A stretch of 63,943 bases of DNA, counting the filler. It is 10 parts of 10 records of this genome, joined end to end, with 100 filler letters (N's around TTAATTAATTAA, not from the genome) between each part and the next. Parts side by side here need not be neighbours in the genome. Positions count along the whole stretch, not along the records: positions 30,869 to 37,461 come from SRR20825010_1634; positions 37,562 to 42,980 come from SRR20825010_1636; 8 more parts are not named here. The stretch is one strand, 5' to 3'. The position numbers and the translations under genes were made by a program. The notes under the pieces are model-generated. The model worked only from the letters and a program-made list of their open reading frames with translations. It ran no database searches and was not told where the DNA came from. This document shows positions 31,370 to 40,326 of the stretch, piece after piece. Within the stretch, counting starts at the first letter, position 1, and each line of letters starts with the position of its first letter.

Positions 31370-32047
31370 TCAGCCCTCGCGGCGGCGGCGGGCCGCCACG
31401 CCCGCGAGGCCAAGGCCGGCCATCGCGGCCGCACCCGGCAGGGGCACCACCTGCATGCCGAGCTGGTCCTGGTACTGCGTGTTGCTGTACGCGATGACGG
31501 TGGGGGTCTTGTCGCCCTGCGTGTCGTTGGCAAAGCCGGTGTACAGGTTGAAGTGGGTGCTGTTCAGCCCTGAGATCTGCACCTTGCCGCCGCTGAAGTT
31601 CATGCCCTGGTCGAAGTCGTAGACGATCTCCCAGATCGCGGCCTGGAACGCCGCGGCCTTCTGGCCGGTGTTGACGTCGGCACCGCCGTTGGTCGCGTTG
31701 AAGAGGCGGTAGATCGCCTCGGCCTTGGCCGTGCCCATCGGGCCGCTCGACGGGGCGTCGGCAACGTTCACGATCTCGTAGACGCCGGAGTGCGCCCACT
31801 GGGTCAGCTCGGTGCAGTAGGTCTTGAACGAGTCTCCGTTGATCGAGTGGCTCAGCTGGCCGGCCCAGAGGGTCTTGTTGTGCCCGCCATCGGCGAAGCT
31901 CAGCCCGCCCGAGAGCGAGACGCCGACGTTGTGGCCCAGGTTGCCGCTGATGCCGTCGAAGTTGAGGGTCACCTGGTCTGCCGAGGCGGTCGAGGTGATC
32001 GAGGCCAGGGAGAGGAGGAGACACGAAGCCTTGAACATACGGTTCAT
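31370..32047 (-). CDS. PEP-CTERM/VPLPA-CTERM-type sorted surface protein 1, putative thioester domain
   Basis: Signal peptide; TYCTE, FQAAIW and YQDQL; tail VVPLPGAAAMAGLGLAGVAARRRR; AAGGA RBS. Confidence 0.88.
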   Translation of the reverse strand: MNRMFKASCLLLSLASITSTASADQVTLNFDGISGNLGHNVGVSLSGGLSFADGGHNKTLWAGQLSHSINGDSFKTYCTELTQWAHSGVYEIVNVADAPSSGPMGTAKAEAIYRLFNATNGGADVNTGQKAAAFQAAIWEIVYDFDQGMNFSGGKVQISGLNSTHFNLYTGFANDTQGDKTPTVIAYSNTQYQDQLGMQVVPLPGAAAMAGLGLAGVAARRRREG

Positions 32048-32288
32048 GTATTTGGTCCTTTGCGTTCTGGTGAGAGCGATGGTGGGTCGGCCCACGTGGC
32101 TACACCATGGCGCAGAGCGGCGTGTGATTCCACGTCCGCTGCGAGATACACGCGCAGGTTCGGCTTCTCGGAACAGCGGCGCCGTCCCATAGCGCCAGAG
32201 AAAGGCTGTCGATGGTCCGGATCGGTCGGGCGCGGCAGGACGGGGGCCGTCGGGGTTACTCGGCGGCGTCGCACTGTCCGGACCGTCC

Positions 32289-32324
32289 AAAAAGACAGCC
32301 GGGTGACTTGCGTCACCCGGCTGT
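32289..32324 (-). terminator. Intrinsic terminator of surface protein 2
   Basis: 13-bp perfect stem ACAGCCGGGTGAC / GTCACCCGGCTGT with a GCAA loop on the minus strand, followed by CUUUUU. Confidence 0.8.
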
Positions 32325-32421
32325 GATCGGAACTGGTTGTCTCGCGATCTGCCTCGCGATCCGTCTGCTGAGCGTGCCGAGGGCGTCGGCCTTCAGCTCC
32401 CGTCGGCGGGGAGCCGCGGGC

Positions 32422-33102
32422 TCAGGCCCGGCGGCGGCGGGTCGCGGCCATGCCGAGCAGGCCGAGGGAGGCCAGGCCGGCGGTGGAGGGCAGCGGGATG
32501 ATGACCAGCATGTCCTGACCGCCGTAGGCGTCATCGCCGTTGTGGCCAACGCTATAGATGTTCATCACGCGGACGTTGTGCATGCTTCCGTGCGCCTGAC
32601 CGGCAATCGCCTTCGCGGTGAGCGTGTCGAACATGGCTTCGGTGAAGGTGCCGTTCGACCAGTTGTCACCGCCGGGGAACGCGAAGCGGTCCCAGATGTA
32701 CCGCTGCAGCAATTCTCGAATCTCGCTGTCAAGCGTAAAGACATTGAAGCTAGCGTCCAAGCCCTTGATCGCAGATGCGCCGCCGACAGCGAATTTCTTG
32801 TACAGCCACGCGACCCGATGCCCAGCGTTGGTGTTGAGCGAAATGTTGCCGTTTCCGCCGTTGTCGCGCACCTGATCTGAAATCAGGTACTCATACTCGG
32901 TGCCGTAGCTGAAGTGCTCAAGCACCTCGACGCAGAAGGTCACGTAGTCACCGGTCGGGTTGCTGTACCCGTTGGCCTCCAGATCGGCCGTGAATCCGTC
33001 GTTATTGTTGGTGCCACCGGTGTTGTAGAACTTGACCAGCGGTTCCGCCATCGCACTGCCGGCGAGGCACCCGATCGCCAGCATGCCGAGAATCTTCTTC
33101 AT
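32422..33102 (-). CDS. PEP-CTERM/VPLPA-CTERM-type sorted surface protein 2, putative thioester domain
   Basis: Signal peptide MKKILGML..SAMA; TFCVE, LQRYIW and GQDML; tail IIPLPSTAGLASLGLLGMAATRRRR. Confidence 0.88.
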   Translation of the reverse strand: MKKILGMLAIGCLAGSAMAEPLVKFYNTGGTNNNDGFTADLEANGYSNPTGDYVTFCVEVLEHFSYGTEYEYLISDQVRDNGGNGNISLNTNAGHRVAWLYKKFAVGGASAIKGLDASFNVFTLDSEIRELLQRYIWDRFAFPGGDNWSNGTFTEAMFDTLTAKAIAGQAHGSMHNVRVMNIYSVGHNGDDAYGGQDMLVIIPLPSTAGLASLGLLGMAATRRRRA

Positions 33103-33209
33103 CTCACTGTCTCCCAATCTCTTCCGATCGGACGCATTCACGACGCGTTCGATTCGTCCCACCTGTCGTTTTCCTTGCTGCAGCCCAGCGCTGTTGCGTA
33201 GGAATACCA

Positions 33210-33238
33210 ATTCTGTCCCGAAATTCGGACCATGTCAA
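33210..33238 (-). promoter_or_regulatory. Sigma70-type promoter of surface protein 2 with a palindrome in the spacer
   Basis: Minus strand TTGACA-N17-CAGAAT; GTCCGAATTTCGGGAC spans the spacer. Confidence 0.65.
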
Positions 33239-33373
33239 TAGATTTCGGACGTCATTCGTGTAGAAAAACGCCGTCGGTCGGAATTTGGGCAACCTGTGTG
33301 TCCGAAATAACTCCCGGGTCGGCCAACGAGATGGTTATGGGACGTTCTGTACCCGGACCGGCGTGGCACGCGC

Positions 33374-33407
33374 AACGAAAGAGCACCGGCACGGGGTGCC
33401 GGTGCTC
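33374..33407 (-). terminator. Intrinsic terminator of surface protein 3
   Basis: 12-bp perfect stem GAGCACCGGCAC / GTGCCGGTGCTC followed by UUUCGUU on the minus strand. Confidence 0.78.
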
Positions 33408-33451
33408 GGTGCGTGATTTGGGATCGGGCCGTCGAAGAGCCGACTCGGGCC

Positions 33452-34108
33452 TCAGGCCATGCGGCGGCGGCGGCCAGCAGCGACCATGCCGAACAGACCC
33501 ATACCCGCCAGGCCCGCAGTCGAGGGGAGCGGGATGATCATCAGCATGTCCTGACGAGCACCCGTCTCGGTGTCGGCATCGTCCCAGACGTTCATGACCC
33601 GGACGTTGCCCAGGTCGCTCCAGACGCCGGACGCCGCGCTGAAGAGCTGGTTGATGCGGGTCTGGGTGAACGTCCCGTTGGTGTTCCCGCCGTAGAGCTT
33701 GTTCCAGATCGTCCGCTGCACGAGCTCGCGGTACTCGCTCGCCGTGAATCCGTTGATGCCCGAGAGGGCCTGGATGCCGGCCTCGCCCTGGTTGGCGAAG
33801 GTGGTGAAGATGTAGGCGATCGCGTAGCCGGTCGCGCTCTGCAGGCTGAGCGGGCCCGATCCGCCCCGGTTCATGATCGAGGTCGAGACGTTGTACTCGT
33901 ACTTGGTGCCGTAGCTGAACGTCTCCTGCGTCTCGGCGCAGAACGTCACGAATTCGTACGATCCATCCGCCCCGAGGTCGGCCCGGAAGCCGTCGTTCCC
34001 GTTGCTGTTGTTGTCGGTGTCCGCGAACCGCACCTGGGGTGCCGCGCTCGCCGCCGAGACCATCGTCGCAGCCAGAACCCCGGCCGCTATCGCTGTTGTT
34101 CTCTTCAT
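33452..34108 (-). CDS. PEP-CTERM/VPLPA-CTERM-type sorted surface protein 3, putative thioester domain
   Basis: Signal peptide MKRTTAI..ASA; TFCAE, VQRTIW and RQDML; tail IIPLPSTAGLAGMGLFGMVAAGRRRR; GGAGG RBS. Confidence 0.88.
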   Translation of the reverse strand: MKRTTAIAAGVLAATMVSAASAAPQVRFADTDNNSNGNDGFRADLGADGSYEFVTFCAETQETFSYGTKYEYNVSTSIMNRGGSGPLSLQSATGYAIAYIFTTFANQGEAGIQALSGINGFTASEYRELVQRTIWNKLYGGNTNGTFTQTRINQLFSAASGVWSDLGNVRVMNVWDDADTETGARQDMLMIIPLPSTAGLAGMGLFGMVAAGRRRRMA

Positions 34109-34467
34109 CACTCTCTCTCCTCCCGCAAACAGTTTGGCATATGTGTGGCGTCCAACGTCTGCGCCATCACACAGTCCAGTCATTCTACTTGGAAGAGACT
34201 GGGGAGAACAATAGTGGCTGGTCATAAATCCTTGTATTACAGCACTTTATGTGTGATCGGACCCGGGTTTCCCGACTTCTCGGACGTGACCGCGCACCCA
34301 ATGGTCGTCACCTGCGCCGGGGCCTGGCGAAGATGTGATGACTGGATTGAGACCTGCATTGGTCAATCGCGCCGGCGAGCCGGGGCGATTCGGCGGGCGG
34401 GGCCGCCGCCGAGCGGGGTTCCGTGCCGTACGGCCCCGGCGCGAGCGCCCGCCGCTCCGACGCCGCG

Positions 34468-37461
34468 TCAGCCTTCGAGGGCGGCGCGGACCCGGGCCAG
34501 TCGCTCGGCGAGGGCGGGGTTGGGCGCCTGCACCCGACGGAGCATCGATCGGGCCTCATCGAGATTGCCGACAGCGAGTTGGGCCTCTGCCATGCCCACC
34601 AACGCGTAGTTGTACGCGGGGTCCGCCGCGAGCGCCTCGCGGAAGATGGCCACAGCACCCTCGGCATCCCCCGTCCGCAGCAGGGCGGTGCCGAGCGTGT
34701 CCAGGTACGCCACCAACTGCTCAGCGGGGGCACCCGCATCGCGGAGCACCCCGACCGCGTGCTCGATGAACCCGAGCGCTTCCTCGTCGTTCCCCTCGCC
34801 CTCAAGGAGCAGGTAGGCGAGGTTGTTGAGCGTGTCCGGGTCGTTCGGGTCGAGCTGCGCGGCCCGGCGATACACCCCGACGGCTTCATCGGCGCGACCG
34901 AGCAGCGACAGGCACGCGCCCCGGAGCCGCAGGAGACGGGACTGAACCTGTTCGTCGTCCGCCTCGGGGCTGGCCAACTGCATCACGTGATCGAGGCCGG
35001 CGAGGTCGCCGGCGTCCAGCGCGAGAGAGTACCAGGCGGTCGCGAGCGTCAGCCGCAGGCGGTCGTCGTCCGGCGAGACTCGCTCGGCGGCCGACTCCAG
35101 CCACGCGCGGCGGGCGTCGAGGTCCGCGATCCGCTCGCCGAGCACGATGGCGTCTCGGGTCCACGCCCGGTCCTCCGCGTCCACGCTCCACACCACCTCG
35201 GAGGCCTCGCCGATGGCCCCGGCTTCTACCGCCGCCCGGACGAACAGCCCTCGATCCATCGGTGTTTCCAGAGAATCCTTCCAGGGCGCGATCGCTGCCC
35301 ATGCCTCCTGGCCCCGGTCCGCCGCCAGCGCCATCTCGGCCAGGAGCAGGCCGCTCTGAGAGGTCGGTTCGATCAGGCGCTCCTGGTATTCCCGTGCCGC
35401 CAGCAGGCCGTCGTCGGGGAATCGCAGGCGGCGGAACATGAAGACGGCGGACTGGGCGGCCTGTGGGTTGGTCGGGATGGTCTGCAGCATCCGCTGCACC
35501 GTCGTCCGCGCCCCCGAGCGGTCTCCCTCCAGGAACTGGCTCTCGGCCAACAGCGTCCAGACGAGGACGGTCTGCGGCTGCCGCTTGACGAGCTCACGGA
35601 GGTGCGTGGTCAGCTGGGGGGTGAACCCGCTGTCGTTGATCGTCCGTGTCAGCTGGTTGCTCAGCTCCCTCGCCCACTCGGCATCGATCGCCGACAGGCT
35701 TGCGCGCGCAATCGCGAAGTACGAATCGGCATCGGAGCCGCGTTCCGGGTCGAGGGCGCTGTCGTAGACCTCAAGGGCGGGGTGGTCGCCGACCGACTGG
35801 TGTGCCTCTTCGAGCACGTGGCGTGCCTCGACGATGAGGCCCTGGCTCATGTACCCCCGCACGGCGATGGCCCAGGCCTCGGCGAGATCCGATTCCCGCG
35901 CGAGCTGTTCCAGGGCCTCGAAGTCTTCGGGGCTCTGTGCGTGCCGGGCGAGGAACGCCGCGACGGCGATCTCCGGCGACTCCTCCGCCTCGGAGGGCGG
36001 GGCGGCGCGGAGCAGTGCCTCGCCCTCGGCCTTCTTCCCGAGTGCGGCCAGTGCATCGGCGAGCAGCGCGCGCGCATCCGGGGTCAGTTCTTCGCTGGAG
36101 CCGAGTTCGGCGACCAGGTCGGTCGCGACCTCTGGCCGGTCCAGTTGCGCGAGGGCCAGGGCGGCACGGGCACGGGTCAGCAGATCGGCGTTCGAGGCGA
36201 GCCAGAGCCAGTCCTGCGCAGCCGCGTCGCGGAGGCCGTAGCGGCCCAGCAGGCTCACTCGGCGGAGCCGTGCTGCGGGCGAGTCGCTCCGGATCGTGAC
36301 GGACGCCTCCACGCGGGCCTCGGCCTCGGTGTTCAGTCCGGCCCGGACCAGCGCATCGATCGCGTCCATCGCGATGACGAGGTTCTCGGGATCGGCCTCG
36401 GCGGCGCGGGTCGCGAAGCTCGCAGAACGGGGGAGATCCCCCACGCGGATCATGGCCTCCGCCATCAGCTGGAGCGCGAGAACGTCTCTCGGAGAGACTC
36501 GCAGCACGCTCGAGAGATCGTTGACAACCCGGGCCGCGGTCGCCTCTGACTGGTCGGTCAGGAGCACTCGCTTTGCCTCGAAGGCTCTCCACGAGGTGCC
36601 GTCGTCACCGGTGAGCAAACGCAGTCGGCCGATCACATCCTCTGCCGCGGCCGGGGTGGCCCAGATGGCGTTCGATCGGAGGGCCTCGATCTGCACCCGT
36701 GCGTCGGAGGGGTGGTCGCTGGCCAGGTCGATGTACTCCCGGGCGGCGCCGGGGTCGTCCAGCGCGTCGAGCACGCCGGCGATAAGTACCGCTCCCCGCA
36801 GTTTGGCTTCGGGGCTCCCGCCGGCGACGAGCGAGTTCACGCCGTCTCGGAACTCCTGCACACCGATCTGCCCGGCGAGGGCCTGGTCGACCAGGCTCTG
36901 CATGGCTTCGTTCGAGCGCTCGCCGAATCGATCTCGGAGCTGCCGGGCCCGCTCAGCGTCGACCGTCTCGAGGCGTTCGGCAAACCGCAGGATGGCGTCG
37001 GCGCTCTCATCGATGGGCATGGACATGAGTTGATCGGCGACGTCCCTGGCCCGATCGGCGTTCCCGGCTGCGAGTTCTGCGCGGGCGTGGTAGCTGAGCA
37101 GCAGCGGCTCGTCCGGCGCGAGCATCAAGAAGCTGTCGGACATCTGGCGGCCGGTGACCGCGCCGACCGGCCATCGGAAGTCGGTCTCTTCGAGCCGGAT
37201 GGCGGCCTCCATCAGCAGCGGCACGCCCATGGCGAGCTGGTCGCGCCTCAACACCTCGTAGGCGCGCCAGTAGTCGGCACGGTCGAGGGCCCACTCGCCG
37301 AGGATGAGCCGCGCGCGCGACCACTCGGGTCTGGGTTCGAGTTCGACGAGCCGGGCGTCGGCCATGCTGCGTTCCCCGAGCCCGTCCAGCGCGAGGGCGT
37401 CGAGATAGACAGCCACGGCGTCGATCGTCGGATTTCTGCTGTTGCGGGTCGAGGTCAGGGC
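34468..37461 (-). CDS. Large tetratricopeptide-repeat protein (5' truncated), possibly the PEP-CTERM/EPS system TPR protein
   Basis: Helical repeats; LNNLAYLL...YLDTLG C-terminal TPR pattern; frame open to the contig edge. Confidence 0.82.
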   Translation of the reverse strand, partial: ALTSTRNSRNPTIDAVAVYLDALALDGLGERSMADARLVELEPRPEWSRARLILGEWALDRADYWRAYEVLRRDQLAMGVPLLMEAAIRLEETDFRWPVGAVTGRQMSDSFLMLAPDEPLLLSYHARAELAAGNADRARDVADQLMSMPIDESADAILRFAERLETVDAERARQLRDRFGERSNEAMQSLVDQALAGQIGVQEFRDGVNSLVAGGSPEAKLRGAVLIAGVLDALDDPGAAREYIDLASDHPSDARVQIEALRSNAIWATPAAAEDVIGRLRLLTGDDGTSWRAFEAKRVLLTDQSEATAARVVNDLSSVLRVSPRDVLALQLMAEAMIRVGDLPRSASFATRAAEADPENLVIAMDAIDALVRAGLNTEAEARVEASVTIRSDSPAARLRRVSLLGRYGLRDAAAQDWLWLASNADLLTRARAALALAQLDRPEVATDLVAELGSSEELTPDARALLADALAALGKKAEGEALLRAAPPSEAEESPEIAVAAFLARHAQSPEDFEALEQLARESDLAEAWAIAVRGYMSQGLIVEARHVLEEAHQSVGDHPALEVYDSALDPERGSDADSYFAIARASLSAIDAEWARELSNQLTRTINDSGFTPQLTTHLRELVKRQPQTVLVWTLLAESQFLEGDRSGARTTVQRMLQTIPTNPQAAQSAVFMFRRLRFPDDGLLAAREYQERLIEPTSQSGLLLAEMALAADRGQEAWAAIAPWKDSLETPMDRGLFVRAAVEAGAIGEASEVVWSVDAEDRAWTRDAIVLGERIADLDARRAWLESAAERVSPDDDRLRLTLATAWYSLALDAGDLAGLDHVMQLASPEADDEQVQSRLLRLRGACLSLLGRADEAVGVYRRAAQLDPNDPDTLNNLAYLLLEGEGNDEEALGFIEHAVGVLRDAGAPAEQLVAYLDTLGTALLRTGDAEGAVAIFREALAADPAYNYALVGMAEAQLAVGNLDEARSMLRRVQAPNPALAERLARVRAALEG

Positions 37462-37561
37462 NNNNNNNNNNNNNNNNNNNNNNNNNNNNNNNNNNNNNNN
37501 NNNNNTTAATTAATTAANNNNNNNNNNNNNNNNNNNNNNNNNNNNNNNNNNNNNNNNNNNN

Positions 37562-37588
37562 CTGGATTCCCGCCTTCGCGGGAATGAC
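37562..37588. repeat. REP/dRS3-like palindrome ATTCCC-N8-GGGAAT, copy 1
   Basis: CTGGATTCCCGCCTTCGCGGGAATGAC at the contig start. Confidence 0.8.
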
Positions 37589-37815
37589 GGTAGGGCGAGT
37601 GAGGCGTTATCGGTACAAAGGAGTACCCCGACAGTCAGGGAGACTGCCGGGGTGTCCGGACCTGTTGGTCAAGCATCAGGGTCGGGGGAAGGGCGATGCT
37701 TGTGCCTGTTTAGCAGAAACGGGGCAGCAATCAGGCCCGGAGGCATGATGACCGGTGGCGTAACAAGCGCATGAAAGCGGTTCTGGCCGGGATGTTCGGT
37801 CAATGTGATCAGAGT

Positions 37816-38583
37816 TTAGAGTTTGTAGCCGCCGCTTGCCTCGATCACCTGGGCGGTGACCCAGCGGCCTTCATCCGAGGCCAGAAACGCCACCACTGCG
37901 GCAACATCAGGAGTTTCACCAAAGCGTCCCAGTGCGGTATCGGCTTCGATGGCTTTTACCATGTCAGCGTTTTCTCGGACGGCGGCATTCATGTCGGTTC
38001 GTATCCATCCCGGTGCCACGGCATTCACGGTAATCCCGCGTGGCCCCAGTTCGATTGCGAGCGCATGGGTGAGGTTATTGATTGCGGCCTTGGCCATGGA
38101 ATAAATCGGCACAACCGATAACGGACGCGTTCCGGCACCAGATGAAATATTGATGATGCGCCCGCCATTGGAAAGGCGGCTTAGTGCGGACTGAGCCATG
38201 AAAAATGGTGCGCGGGCGTGAACGGCGAACATCGTATCGAAGCTGTCGGGCGTCGCATCCGAAAGACCGCCCCAACCGGCATTTCCGGCATTATTGACCA
38301 GAATGTCGAGGGATTTGTATGCGTTGCGTTCGAAGAGTTCATGATCAAGCGCATCGAACAGGGCAGGGATCGAATTTGCGTTGGTGAGGTCGGCATGAAG
38401 CGCAAAGGCGGTGCCGCCGAATTCCTCGATGGCGGCGACGGCCTCGTTCGCACCGGTTTTGCCTGTATTATAGGTCAGGGCGACGGTTGCGCCTTCTTTT
38501 GCAAGGCGTTCCGCGATTGCACGGCCAATTCCCCGTGATCCGCCGGTGACCAGAGCGGTTTTCCCATTAAGTGACTGAGACAT
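37816..38583 (-). CDS. SDR family oxidoreductase
   Basis: TGGSRGIG, NNAG and YSMAK motifs. Confidence 0.93.
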   Translation of the reverse strand: MSQSLNGKTALVTGGSRGIGRAIAERLAKEGATVALTYNTGKTGANEAVAAIEEFGGTAFALHADLTNANSIPALFDALDHELFERNAYKSLDILVNNAGNAGWGGLSDATPDSFDTMFAVHARAPFFMAQSALSRLSNGGRIINISSGAGTRPLSVVPIYSMAKAAINNLTHALAIELGPRGITVNAVAPGWIRTDMNAAVRENADMVKAIEADTALGRFGETPDVAAVVAFLASDEGRWVTAQVIEASGGYKL

Positions 38584-38625
38584 TTAAGGTTCCTTCGGCA
38601 TATGAAAGTCAGTTGAGGCGATGGT

Positions 38626-39324
38626 TCAGGCGACCCGTTTGCGGATGACAGGGCCCGGATTTGCCTCGATCACCGAGAAGCCCAGCCGGACCAGATCGGC
38701 ATCACCGCCATATTCGTGAAGGGCGACGTGATGAAGCAGAATGCCGAGCTGTTCGAGTTGACGGGCGACCTTGATCGGGCCTGCATCGACCGGTTTGAAA
38801 CCGGCATCGGCGATCAGGTTGCGGGTGAATTGTCCGGCCTGCACATCATCATGTGCGTAGAAGATGTTTGGCTGCGCGGATGCCGCCGACCATGCCGCAG
38901 ATTCCAGTGCAGGGGCCGCCATGGTGCTGAAGGCCTTGACGATCCGGGCGTTTGGCAGGCGTCTTTGCAGGTCTTCTGTTGTTGAGCTGTCACGCATGAA
39001 GTCAAGATCATGGAAATGTTCGAAGTCGGCGGTAACACCCAGCGGGTTCATTGTTTCGATGACCACCTTGCCATCAAGGGCATCACCGACTTCGTTCACA
39101 ATCGCCTCTACCCGTGGCCAATAGACGGAAAAGAGTACGACTTCCCCGAATTCGGCGGCTTCGCGTATTGTGCCAAGGCGTGCCTTGTCGCCGAGTTCCG
39201 CAAGGAGCGGGGCGATTTTCCGGCATTCGCCATCCTTTGCAACGACGAGCTCATGACCAGCGGCGACCCATGCACGTGCAAGGGCGCTGCCGATATTGCC
39301 AGCATTCAGAATTCCGATTTTCAT
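38626..39324 (-). CDS. NADPH-dependent F420 reductase-like dinucleotide-binding oxidoreductase
   Basis: KIGILNAGNIG, KVVIETMNP, IVKAFST and GFKPVDAGP motifs. Confidence 0.82.
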   Translation of the reverse strand: MKIGILNAGNIGSALARAWVAAGHELVVAKDGECRKIAPLLAELGDKARLGTIREAAEFGEVVLFSVYWPRVEAIVNEVGDALDGKVVIETMNPLGVTADFEHFHDLDFMRDSSTTEDLQRRLPNARIVKAFSTMAAPALESAAWSAASAQPNIFYAHDDVQAGQFTRNLIADAGFKPVDAGPIKVARQLEQLGILLHHVALHEYGGDADLVRLGFSVIEANPGPVIRKRVA

Positions 39325-39394
39325 TGTCTTCTTCCGGTTTTGGCAGACGGAGTGACCGGGCACCTGAAAAAGGGGTGCCCGGCATGGTGGGGCT

Positions 39395-40198
39395 TTACCG
39401 CTGAACGGTGTCGGCACTCGCAAGCTCGAGGAAAAGGGCGATATGGACAGGAGGCATTCCGTCCAGGGTGCCGCCGATCGGGGATGGGCGTTCTGTCTCG
39501 TTGATCAGCTTGCGCGCGGCTTCGGGCGAGATCGGCGTGCCGGGCTGCTGATAGACTTTCTTGGCCTCTTCCTCTGTCAGGTCATCGGAAATGGCAGGTG
39601 CATAGGGCCAGAAATAGATCGGCGTATTGGGTTCGATCCGCCAGCTATCGGCGAGTGAGCCTGCATCAACCACATCATAACCGGCGGCCTCGATGAAGCG
39701 CGTAACGGCTTCCTTTGCGGCAGCATCGTCACCGGCGATGGGCAGGGTTGTGCGTCCTGCGTCGCCCCTGGGGCGGGCGTTATGCTGCATATGGATCCAG
39801 CCAATGTTGTGCAGCCCTTTGACAACCTTGGCACCTTTAAGATGCTGTTGGACCAGTTCGCTTGACGTCAGGTCGCCATTGTCGAGATCGGCCCTGTGGA
39901 AATCGCCCATGCCGGGATAGTAGTTCGTGTGATCGATAACGATCTTGCCTGTGAACCTGTCGGCGGGGAGTGCTTCGAACACCGGGAGGGGGATCGCAAG
40001 CGAGACGATATCACCGGCCGCAATGGCATCTTCGACAGAAGCCGCACGTGCGCGCGGGCCGAGTTCGCCAACCAGTCCGGCAAGTGTTTCCGGGCCGCGT
40101 GAATTGCTGATCACGACATTATATCCTGCGGCAACAGCCAGATGTGCGACTGCTTTGCCAACGAGGCCGGAGCCGATAATTCCGATAGTGAGAGTCAT
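39395..40198 (-). CDS. NADPH-dependent F420 reductase-like dinucleotide-binding oxidoreductase
   Basis: GIIGSGLVG, SNSRGPETL, DHTNYYP and DAGSLADSWR motifs. Confidence 0.88.
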   Translation of the reverse strand: MTLTIGIIGSGLVGKAVAHLAVAAGYNVVISNSRGPETLAGLVGELGPRARAASVEDAIAAGDIVSLAIPLPVFEALPADRFTGKIVIDHTNYYPGMGDFHRADLDNGDLTSSELVQQHLKGAKVVKGLHNIGWIHMQHNARPRGDAGRTTLPIAGDDAAAKEAVTRFIEAAGYDVVDAGSLADSWRIEPNTPIYFWPYAPAISDDLTEEEAKKVYQQPGTPISPEAARKLINETERPSPIGGTLDGMPPVHIALFLELASADTVQR

Positions 40199-40326
40199 CT
40201 TTTGGTCCTTGGATAGGAAGACGGCGGAAAGACCGCCGCATTCATAGGATGCGATATGTTCAGACCCGGACTATAATTTTGACTCTCAGATTGATAAATA
40301 CGGCCAAAAGCGACATACTGTTGTCC

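Noticed and set aside
1670-34108. Two kinds of thioester protein (A2M and the PEP-CTERM proteins) as one system
   Set aside because: They are on different contigs of different composition, so their co-occurrence is an artefact of concatenation.
34423-36549. 708-aa + strand ORF and other long ORFs overlapping the TPR gene
   Set aside because: Antisense or alternate-frame shadows typical of very high-GC DNA; no motifs.
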